NCBI GenBank assembly: GCA_964016885.1
Contig: OZ024744.1
Coordinates: forward strand, 1 to 64,000
From: Eledone cirrhosa
Taxonomy: Eukaryota
DNA length: 64,000 nt
Direction: 5' to 3'
Of this stretch, positions 50,901 to 62,958 are shown piece after piece; positions within the stretch are counted from its first letter, which is position 1; each line of letters starts with the position of its first letter. The notes under the pieces were generated by a model. It ran no database searches. It saw only the letters and a program-made list of their open reading frames with translations, and had not been told where the DNA came from. The position numbers and the translations under genes are program-made.

Positions 50901-53900
50901 ATATTGTAGTGTGTTGTGATATACTGTAGTGTGGTGTGATATGTAGTAGTGTGATATAGTGTTGTGTGGTGTGGTATATTGTAGTGTGATGTGGTATATT
51001 GTAGTGTGATGTGGTATATTGTAGTTTGTTATGATATAGTGTAGTGTGGTGTTATATATTGTAGTGTGGTCAGATATATTGTAGTGTGGTGTTGTATAGT
51101 GTAGTGTGGTGTGACATATTGTAGTGTGGTATGGTACAATGTGGGGTGATATACTGTAGTGTGGTGTGGTATAGTCTAGTGTGGTGTGGTATATTGTAGT
51201 GCGGTGTAGTATACTCTAGTGTGATGTGATATATTGTAGTGTGGTTTGATATATTGTAGTGTGGTTTGGTATATTGTAGTTTGGTGTGGTATATTGTAAT
51301 GATGTGTGGTATATGGTAGTGATATACTGTAGTGTGGTGTGATATAGTGTAGTGTGGTGTGATATATTTTAGTGTGGTGTGGTATACTCTAGTGTAGTTT
51401 GATATAGTGTAGTGTGTAGTGGTATATTGTAGTGTGGTGGGATATATTGTAATGTGGTGTGTTATATTGTAGTGTGGTGTGGTAAATTGTAGTGTGGTGT
51501 AGTATATTGTAGTGGCGTGTGATAAAGTGTAGTGTGGTGTGGTATAGCGTAGTTCTGTGTAGTATATTGTATCCTAGTGCGGTATAGTGTAGTGTAGTGT
51601 GATATGGTATATAATAGTTTGGTGTGGTATAATGTAGTGTGATATGGTATATTGTAATGTGCTGTGGTATATTGTAATGTGGTGTGATAGAATCTAGTAT
51701 TGTGCGGTATATTGTAGTGTGGTGTGGTATACTGTAGTGATATATAGTGTAGTGTGATGTGATATATTGTACTGTGGTGTGGTATAGTCTAGTGTAATAT
51801 AGTTTAGTGTGGTGTGGTATATTGTAGTGTGTTGTGATATAGTGTAGTGTATTGAAATATAGTGTAGTGCGGTATGATATACTGTCGTGTGGTGTGGTAA
51901 AGTGTAGTGTGGTGTGATATACTGCAGTGTGGTGTTATATATTGTAGTGTGGTGTGATATACTGTAGTGTGGTGTGATATATAGTAGTGTGGTGTGGTAA
52001 AGTCTAGTCTGATGTGGTATATCGCAGTGCGGTGTAGTATACTGTAATGTGGTGTGATATATAGTAGTGTAGTTTGATATATTGTAGTGTGGTGTGATAT
52101 ATTGTAGTGTGGTGTAGTATACTGTAGTGTAGTTTGATATAGTGTAGTGTGGAGTGGTATATTGTAGTGCGGTGGGATATATTGTAATGTGGTGTGTTAT
52201 ATTGTAGTCTGATGTAGTATATTGTAGTGTGGTGTAGTATATTGTAGTGGGGTGTGATAAAGAGTAGTGTGGTGTGGTATAGCGTAGTGCTGTGTAGTAT
52301 ATTGTATCCTGGTGCGGCATAGTGTAGTGTCATATGGTATATAATAGTGTGGTGTGGTATATTGTAGTGTGGTGAGGATTGTTTAATGTTGTGTGAAATA
52401 AAGTATTGTGATCTGGTATATTGTAGTGTGGTATATTTTATTGTGGTGTAGTATTTTATAGTGTGGTGTAATATATTGTAGGGTGGTGTATATATTGTAG
52501 TGTGGTGTGATATATTGTAGTGTGGTGTGATATATTGTTCTGTGGTGTGGTATAGTGAAGTGTAATTTAGTTCAGTGTGGTGTGGTATATTGTAATGTGT
52601 TTGTGATAGAGTGTAGTGTAGTGTAATATAGTGTAGTGTGGTGTGATATACTGTAGTGGGGTCTGGTATATTGTAGCATGGTGTGGCATATTGAAGTGAT
52701 GTGTGGTATATGGTAGTGTGGTGTGGTATAGCGTAGTGTGGTGTGATATACTGTAGTGTGGTGTTATATATAGTAGTGTGGTGTGATATACTGTAGTGTG
52801 GTGTGATATGTAGTAGTGTCATATAGTGTTGTGTGGTGTGGTATAGTGTAGTGTGATTTGGTATATTGTAGTGTGTTATGATATATTGTAGTGTGGTATG
52901 GCATAGTGTGGTGGGATATACTGTAGTGTGGTGTGGTATAGTCTAGTGTAGTGTGGTATATTGTAGTGCGGTGTAGTATTCCCTAGTGTGGTGTGATATA
53001 TTGTAATATGGTTTGATATATTGTAGTGTCGTTTGGTATATTGTAGTCTGGTGTGGCATATTGTAATGGTGTGTGGTATATGGTAGTGTGATGTGATATA
53101 TTGTAGTGTGGTGTGCAATATCGTAGTGTGGTGTGATATATTGTAGTGTGGTGTGGTATACTGTAGTGTAGTTTGATATAGTGTAGTGTGGATTGGTATA
53201 TTTTTAGTGTAGTGGGATATATTGTAATGTGGTGTGTTATATTGTAGTGTGGTGTGGTAAATTGTAGTGTGGTGTAGTTTATTGTAGTGGGGGTGTGATA
53301 AAGTGTAGTGTGGTGTGGTATAGCGTAATGCTGTGTAGTATATTGTATCCTGGTGCGGTATAATGTAGTGTGATATGGTATATAATAGTGCCGTGTGGTA
53401 TAATGTAGTGTTGTGTGGTATAATGTAGTGTTGTGTGGTATAATGTGGTGTGATGTGGTATATTGTAGTGTGCTGGGCTATATTGTAGTGTGGTGTGATA
53501 GAGTCTAGTATTGTACGGTATATTGTAGTGTGATGTGGTATACAGTAGTGTGATATAGTGTAGTGTGATGTGATATATTGTACTGTGGTGTGGTATATTC
53601 TAGTGTAATATGGTTTAGTGTGGTGTGGTATATTGTAGTGTGTTGTGATATAGTGTAGTGTAGTGTAGTGTAATATAGTGTAGTGCGGTGTGATATACTG
53701 TAGTGTGGTTTGGTATAGTGTAGTGTGATGTGGCACATTATAGTGATGTGTGGTATATGGTATTGTGGTGTGGTGTAGTGTATTGTGGTGTGATATACTG
53801 TACTGTGGTGTTATATATTGTAGTGTGGTGTGATATACTGTAGTGTGTTTTGATATATAGTAGTGTGATATAGTGTTGTGTGGTGTGGTATATTGTAGTG

Positions 53901-56900
53901 CGATGTGGTATATTGTAGTGTGATGTGGTATATTGTAGTGTGTTATGATATAATGTAGTGTGGTATTATATATTGTAGTGTGGTCAGATATATTGTAGGG
54001 TGGTGTGGTATAGTGTAGTGTGGTGTGATATATTGTAGTGTGGTATGGTATAGTGTGGAGGGATATACTGTAGTGTGGTGTGGTATATTGTACTGTGGTG
54101 TGGTATATTGTAGTGCGGTGTAGTATACTGTAGTGTGGTTGGATATATTATAGTGTGGTGTGGTATATTGTAGTGTGGTGTGGCATATAGTAGTGATGTG
54201 TCGTATATGGTAGTGTGATGTGATATAGCGTAGTGTGGTGTGGTATACTGTAGTGTGGTGTGATATAGTGTAGTTTGGTATGATATATTGTAATGTGGTG
54301 TGTTAGACTGTAGTGTGGTGTGGTATATTGTAGTGTGGTGTAGTATATTGTAGTGGGGGTGTGATAAAGTGTAGTGTGGTGTGGTATAGTGTAGTGTGAT
54401 GTGGTACATAATAGTGTGGTGTGGTATAATGTAGTGTGGTGTGGTATATTTTAGTGTGATATGTTATATTGTAGTGTGATGTGGTATATTGTCGTGTGAT
54501 GTGATAGAGTCTAGTATTGTGCGGTATATTGTAGTGTGGTGAGGTATAATGTAGTGTGATATAGTGTAGTGTGATGTGATATATTGTAGTGTGGTGTGGG
54601 ATAATGTAGTGTAGTTTGATATAGTGTAGTGTGCAGTGGTATATTGTAGTGTGTTCAGATATATTGTAATGTGGTGTGGTATAGTGTAGTGTGGTGTGGT
54701 ATATTGTAGTGCTGTGTAGTATATTGTATCCCGGTGCGGTATAGTGTAGTGTGATGTGGTATATAATAGTGTGGTGTGGTATATTGTAGTGTCGTGTGAT
54801 ATATTGTAGAGTGATGTGATATAGTGTAGTGTGATGTGATATACTGTAGTGTGGTATATTGTAGTGTGGTGTGATATACTGTAGTCTGGTATATTGTAGT
54901 GTGGTGTGATATATTGTAGTGTTGTGCGGTATACTATAATGTAGTTTGGTATATTGTAGTGTGTAGTGATATATTGTAGTCTGGTATAGTGTGCTGTGGT
55001 ATATAGTATTGTGGGTGCTATACTGTAGTGTGATGTGGGATAGAGTAGTGTGATGTGAAATAATGTAGTGTAGTGTATCATAATGTGGAGTAGTATATTG
55101 TATTGTGGTGAGAAATATTGTAGTGTGGTGTGATATAGTGTAGTGTTGTGTTGTATACTGTACTTTGGGGTGGTATATTGTAGTGTGATGTGAAATAATA
55201 TATTGTGGTCTGGTATATTGTAGTATGGTATATTGTAGTGTGGTGTGCTATATTATTGTGTGCTGTGGTATAGTGTAGTGTGATGTGATATAATGTAGTG
55301 TGGTGTAGTATATTGTAATCTGGTGTGATAACGAGTAGTGTGGTGTGTCATAGCCCAGTGTTGTCTGGTATATTATAGTGTGGTGTGGCATAATGTAGTG
55401 TGATGTGGTATATTGTAGAGTGGTGTGGTATAATTAGTGTGATGTGACATTTTGTAGTGTGATGTGATATATTGTAGTGTGGTGTGGTATCTTGTAGTGT
55501 GGTGTGATAGAATGTAGTGTGGTGTGATATATTGGAGTCTGATGTGATATAAGGTAGTGTGATGTGATATATTGTAGTAAGTTGTGATTTAGTGTAGTGT
55601 GCTATAGTTTAGTGTGTGTGATATATTGTAGTGTGGTGTGGTATAGTGTAGAGTGGTGTGATATACTGTAGTGTGGTGTGATATATACTAGTGTGATATA
55701 GTGTTGTGTGGTGTGGTATATTTTAGTGTGATGCGGTATATTGTAGTGTGATGTGGTATATCGTAGTTAGGTGTGATATAGTGCAGTGTGGTATTATATA
55801 GTGTAGTGTGGTGTGATATAGTGTAGTGTTGTGTGATATATTGTAGTGTGGTGTGGTAAACAGTAGTGTAGTTTGATATAGTGTAGTGTGGAGTGGTATA
55901 TTGTAGTGTGGTGGGGTATATTTTAGTGTGGTGTGGTATATTGTAGTGGTGTGTAGTATATTGTAGTGGTATGTGATAAAGTGTAGTGTGATGTGGTATA
56001 GCGCAGTGCTGTGTAGTATATTGTATACAGGTGCGGTATAGTGTAGTGTGATGTGGTATATATTAGTGTGGTGTGGTATACGGTAGTGTGGTGTGGCATA
56101 GTGTAGTGTGGTGTGATATACTGTAGTGTGGTGTAATATATTTAAGTGTGGTGTAATATATTGTAGTGTGGTGTGATAGAGTCTAGTATTGTTCGGTATA
56201 TTGTAGTGATGTGTGGTATATTGTAGTGCGGTGTGATATTTGTAGAGTGATGTGATATAGCCCAGTGTGATGTGATATATTGTAGTAGGTTGTGATATAG
56301 TGTTGTGTTGTGTATTGTAGTGTTGTGTGGCATACTGTTATGTGGTGTGGTATACTGTACTTTGGGGTGCTATATTGTAGTGTGGTGTGGGATAGTGTAG
56401 TGTGAAATGAACTAATGTATTGTGGTCTGGTATATTGTAGTGAGGTATATTGCAGTGTGGTGTAGTATATTGTAGTGTGGTGTGCTATATTATTGTATGA
56501 TATGGTATAGTGTAATGTGGTGTGATATATTGTAGTGTGGTGTTGTATATTGTAGTATGGTGTGGTATAATGTAGTGTGGTGTGGTATAATGTAGTGTGC
56601 TGTGAGATGTTTTAGTGTGATGTGATATATTGTAGTAGGTTGTGATATAGTGTAGTGAGATATATTGTAGTGTGTTGTGATATAAGGTAGTGTGGTTTGA
56701 TATATGGTAGAGTGGTGTGGTATATTGTAGTGTAGTGTAATATAGCGTAGTGTGGTGTGGTATATTGTAGTGTGATGTGATATAATGTAGTGAAGTGTAA
56801 TATAGTGTAATGTTGGTGTTTTATAATGTTGTGTGGTGTGATATATGGTAATGTGGTGTGGTAGAGTGTAGTGTGGTCTGATATACTGTAGTGTGGTGTT

Positions 56901-59900
56901 ATATATTGCAGTGATGTGTGATTTACTGTAGTGTGGTGTGATATATAGTAGTGTGATATAGTCTTGTGTGGTGTGGTATATTGTAGTGTGATGCTGTATA
57001 TTGTAGAGTGATGTGGTATATTGTAGTCTAGTGTGATATATTGTAGTGTGGTATTGTACAGTGTGGTGGGATATACTGTAGTGTGGTGTGGTAGTCTGGT
57101 GTGGTGTGGTATAATATAGTGTGGTGTAGTATACTGTAGTGTGGTGTGATATATTGTAGTGTGGTTTGATATATTGTAGTGTGGTGTGGTACATTGTAGT
57201 GTGGTGTGGCATATTGTAGTGATGTGTGGTATATGGTAGTGTGATGTGATATATTGTAGTGTGGTGTGGTATACTGTAGTGTGGTGTGATATAGTGTAGT
57301 GTGATGTGATATATTGTAGTGCAGTGTGATATATTGTAGCGTGGTGGGATATATCGTAGTGGGGTGTGATATAGTGTAATGTGGTGTGATATATTGTAAT
57401 GTGGTGTGGTATATTGTAGTGTGGTGTGATATATTGTAGTCTGGTGTGATATATTGTAGTGTGGTGTGGTATAGTGAAGTGTGATTTCGATATACTGTAG
57501 TGTGGAGTGGTATATTGTAGTGTGGTGTAGTATATTGTAGTCTGGTGTGATAAAGAGTAGTGCTGTGTGACATATCCCAGTTTTGGCTGGTATATTGTAG
57601 TGTGGTGTGGCATAGGCTAGTGTGGTCTGGTATATTGTAGTATGGTATATTGTAGTGTGGTGTGCTATATTATTGTGTGGTGTGGTATAGTGTAGTGTGG
57701 TGTGATATATTGTAGTGTGGTGTAGTATATTGTAGGCTGGTGTGATAAAGTGTAGTGTGATGTGGCATAGCCCAGTGTTGTCTGGTATATTGTCGTGTGG
57801 TGTGGCATAGTGCAGTGTGATGTGGCATATTGTAGAGTGGTGTGGTATAATGTAGTGTGATGTGACATTTGGTAGTGTGATGTGATATAGTGTAATGTGG
57901 TTTGGTATCTTGTATTGTGGTGTGATAGAGTGTAGTGTGGTGTGATATATTGGAGTGTGGATGTGATACAATGTAGTGTGATGTGATACATTGTAGTAGG
58001 TTGTGATATAGTGTAGTGTGGTGATGTTTAGCGTTGTGTGATATAGTGTAGTGTAGTGTAATATAGTGTAGTGTCGTGTGGTACAGTGTAGTGCGGTGTG
58101 ATATACTGTAGTGTGGTGTGATATATAGTAGTGTGATATAGTGGTGTGTGGTGTGGTATATTGTAGTGTGATGCGGTATATAGTAGTGTGATGTGGTATA
58201 TAGTAGTGTGGTGTTATATAGTGTAGTGTGGTGTGATATTGTGTAGTGTTGTGTAATATATTGTAGTGTGGTGTGGTAAACAGTAGTGTAGTTTGATATA
58301 ATGTAGTGTGGAGTGGTATATTGTAGTGTGGTGTGATATATTGTAATGTGGTGTGGTATATTGTAGTGTGGTGTGGTATATTGTAGTGTTGTGTAGTATA
58401 TTGTAGTGGGACGTGATAAAGTGTAGTGTGATGTGGTATATCGTAGTGCTGTGTAGTATATTGTATCCTGGTGCGGTATAGTGTAGTGTGATGTGGTATA
58501 TACTAGTGTGGTGTGGTATAGTGTTGTCTGGTGTGGCATAGTGTAGTGTGGTGTGATATACTGTAGTGTGGTGTAATATATTTAAGTGTGGTGTGATATA
58601 TTGGAGTGTGGTGTGATATATGGTAGTGTGATATAGTGTTGTGTGGTGTGCTATATTGTAGTGTGATGCGGTATATTGTAGTGTGATGTGGTATATTGTA
58701 GTGTGGTATGATATAGTGCAGTGTGATGTGATATAGTGTAGTGTAGTGTAATATATTGTAGCGTGGTGGGATATATTGCAGTGTGGTGTGATATAGTGTA
58801 GTGTTGTGTGATATATTGTAGTGTTGTGTGATATATTGTAGTGTAGTGTGGTATACAGTAGTGTAGTTTGTTATAGCGTAGTGTGGAATGGTATAGTGTA
58901 GTGTGGTGTGGTATATTGTAGTGTGGTGTGGTATATTGTAGTGTGGCTTGATATAGTGCAGTGTGGTGTTATATATTGTAGTGTGGTGTGATATAGTGTA
59001 GTGTGATGCGATGTAGTGTAGTGTAGTGTGATATATTGTAGCCTGGTGGGATTTATTGTAGTGTGGTGTGATATAGTGTAGTGTTGTGTGATATATTGTA
59101 GTGTTGTGTGATATATTGTAGTGTAGTGCGGTATACAGTAGTGTAGTTTGATATAGTGTAGTGTGGAGTGGTATATTGTAGTGTGGTGTGGTATAATGTA
59201 GTGTGCTGTGACATTTTTAGTGTGATGTGATATATTGTAGTGTGATGTGATATATTGTAGTAGGTTGTGATATAGTGTAGTGTGATATATTGTAGTGTGG
59301 TGTAATATAGTGTAGTGTGGTTTCATATATGGTAATGTGGTGTGGTATATTGTAGTGTAATATAGAATGGTGTGGTGTGGTATATTGTAGTGTGATGTGA
59401 TATAGTGTAGTGTAGTGTAATATAGTGTAGTGTGGTGTGGTATAATGTAGTGTGGTGTGATATATGGTAGTGTGGTGTGGTAGAGTGTAGTGTGGTCTGA
59501 TATACTGTAGTGTAGTGTTATATATTGTAGTGTGGTGTGATATACTGTAGTGTGGTGTGATATATAGTAGTGTGATATAGTGTTGTGTGGTGTGGTATAT
59601 TGTAGTGTGATGCGGTATATTGTAATGATGTGTGATATATGGTATTGTGATATGGTATAGTGTAATGTGGTGTGGTATACTGTAGTGCGGTGTGATATAG
59701 TGTACTGTGATGTGGTATATTGTAGTGTGGTGTGGTATATTGTAGTGGGGTGTAGTATATTGTAGTGGGGTGTGACAAATTGTAGTGTGGTGTGGTATAG
59801 CGTAGTGCTGTGTAGTATATCGTATCCTGGTGCGGTATAGTTTAATGTGATGTGGTATATAATAATGTGGTGTGGTATAATGTAGTGTGCTGTGGTATAT

Positions 59901-62900
59901 TGTAGTGTGGTGTCATATAATTTAGTCTGGTATAGTGTGATGTGGTAAATAATATTTTGGTGTGCTATATTGTAGTGTGATGTGGGATAGAGTAGTGTGA
60001 TGTGAAATAATGTAGTTTGGTGTGATGTATTATAATGTGGAGTGGTATATTGTATTGTGGTGAGATATATTGTAGTGTGCTTTGATATAATGTAGTGTTA
60101 TGTGGTATTCTGTACTTTGGTGTGGTATACTGTAGTGCGGTGTGGGATAGTTTAGTGTTATGTGAAATAATGTATTGTGGTCTGGTATGTTGTACTGTGG
60201 TATGTTGTAGTGTGGTGTGATATATTGTAGTGTGGTGTGGTATATTGTAGTGTGGTGTGATATATTGTAGTGTGATGTGATATATTGTAGTAGGTTGTGA
60301 TATAGTGTAGTGTGGTATAGTTTAGTGTTGTGTGATATATTGTAGTGTGGTGTGGATATTGTAGTGTGTTGTGATATAGTGTAGTGTAGTGTAATATAGT
60401 GTAGTGTGGTGTGGTATAGTGTAGTGTGGTGTTATATACTGTAGTGTGGTGTGGTAGAGTGTAGTGTGGTCTGATATACTTTAGTGTGGTGTTATATATT
60501 GTAGTGTGGTCTGATATAGTGCAGTGTGGTGTTATATATTGTAGTGTAGTGTGATATATTGTAGTGTCGTGTGGTATACTGTAATGTGGTGTGGTATACT
60601 GTACTTTGGGTTGGTATATTGTAGTGTGGTATATTGTAGTGTGGTGTAGTATATTGTAGTGCGGTGTGCTATATTATTGTATGGTGTGGTATATTGTAAT
60701 GTGGTGTGAGATATTGTAGTGTGGTGTGGAATATTGTAGTGTAGTATATTGTAGTGTGGTGTGGTATAATATAGTGTGGTGTGACATTTTTTAGTGTGAT
60801 GTGATATATTGTAGTGTGGTGTGATATATTGTAGTAGGTTGTGATATAGTGTAGTGTGATATATTGTAGGGTGGTGTTGATATTGTTGTGTTTTGTGATA
60901 TAATGTTGTGTAGTGTATTATAGTGTAGTGTGGTGTGTATTGTGTAGTGTGGTGTGATATACTGTAGTGTGGTGTGATATATAGTAGTGTGATATAATGT
61001 TGTGTGGTGTGGTATATTGTAGTGTGGTGTGGTATATTGTAGTGTGATGCGGTATATTGTAGTGTGATGTGGTATATTGTAGTGTGGTGTGATATGGTGC
61101 AGTGTGGTGTTATATATTGTAGTGTGGTGTGATATAGTGTAGTGTGATGTCATATATTGTAGTGTAGTGTGATATATTGTAGCGTGGTGGGATTTATTGT
61201 AGTGTGGTGTGATATAGTGTAGTGTTGTGTGATATATTGTAGTGTGGTGTGGTATACAGTAGTGTAGTTTGATATAGTGTAGTGTGGAGTTGTATATTGT
61301 AGTGTGGTGGGATATGTTGCAATGTGGTGTGGTATATTGTAGTGCCGTGTGGAATATTGTAGTGTGGTATATTGTAGTGTGGTGTGGTATAATGTAGTGT
61401 GGTGTGACATTTTTTAGTGTGATGTGATATATTGTAGTGTGATATGATATATTGTAGTAGGTTGTGATATATATAGTGAGATACATTGTAGTGTGATGTG
61501 ATATAGTGTAGTGTAGTGTAATATAGTGTAGTGTGGTGGTATGTTATAGTGTGGTGGGTTATACTGTAGTGTGGTGTGGCAAAGTCTAGCGTGGTGTGGT
61601 ATAATATAGTGTTGTGTAGTATACTGTAGTGTGGTGTGATATATTGTAGTGTGGTTTGATATATTGTAGTGTGGTGTGGTATATTGTAGTGTGGTGTGGC
61701 ATATTGTAGTGATGTGTGGTATATGGTAGTGTGATGTGATATAGTGTAATGTGATGTGGTATACTGTAGTGTGGTGTGATATAGTGTAGTGTGATGTGAT
61801 ATATTGTAGTGTAGTGTGATATATTGTAGCCTGGTGGGATATATTGTAGTGGGGTGAGATATAATGTTATGTGGTTTGATATATTGTAGTCTGGTGTGGT
61901 ATATTGTAGTTTGGTGTGATATATTATAGTGTGGTGTGATATATTGTAGTGTGGTGTGGTTTAGTGAAGTGTGATTTCGATATAGTGTAGTGTGGAGTGG
62001 TATATTGTATTGTGGTGTAGTATATTGTAATCCGGTGTGACAAAGAGTAGTGCCGTGTGACATATCCCAGTGTTGGCTGGTATATTGTAGTGTGGTGTGG
62101 CATAGTGTAGTGTGGTTTGGTATATGGTAGTATGGTATATTGTAGTGTGGTGTGCTATATTATTGTGTGGTGTGGTATAGTGTAGTGTGGTGTGATATAT
62201 TGTAGTGTGGTGTAGTATATTGTAGTCTGGTGTGATAAAGAGCAGTGTGGTGTGGCATAGCCCAGTGTTGTCTGGTATATTGTAGTGTGGTGAGATACAA
62301 TGTAGTGTGATGTGATATATCGTAGTATGTTGTGATATAGTGTAGTGTGGTAATGTTTAGTGTTGTGCGATATTTTGTAGTGTGGTGTGGATATTGTTTT
62401 GTGTTGTGATATAGTGTAGTGTAGTGTAATATAGTGTAGTGTGGTATAGTGTAGTGTGGTGTGATATACTGTAGTGTGGTGTTATATATTTAAGAGTGCT
62501 GGATATACTATAGTGTGGTGTGATATATAGAAGTGTGATATAGTGTTGTGTGGTGTGGTATATTGTAGTGTGATGCGGTATATTGTAGTGTGATGTGGTA
62601 TATTGTAGTGTGGTGTGATATAGTGCAGTGTGGTGTTATATATTGTAGTGTGGTGTGATATAGTGTAGTGTGATGTGATATATTGTAATGTAGTGTGATA
62701 TATTGTAGCGTGGTGGGATTTATTGTAGTGTGGTGTGATATAGTGTAGTGTTGTGTGATATATTGTAGTGTGGTGTGGTATACAGTAGTGTAGTTTGATA
62801 TAGTGTAGTGTGGAGTGGTATATTGTAGTGTGGTGGGATATATTGTTATGTGGTGTGGTATATTGTAGTGAGGTGTGGTATATTGTATTTTGTTGTGTAG

Positions 62901-62958
62901 TATATTGCAGTGGGGTGTGATAAAGTGAAGTGTGATGTGGTATAGCGTAGTGCTGTTT
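47998..62958. repeat. G/T-rich pentamer-based satellite (right arm)
   Basis: Same 20-bp consensus and orientation as the left arm. Confidence 0.97.

Noticed and set aside
11560-62958. Telomeric repeat array
   Set aside because: G-rich and strand-biased, but there is no TTAGGG/TTAGG-type exact short unit. Monomers are heterogeneous and the array is internal.
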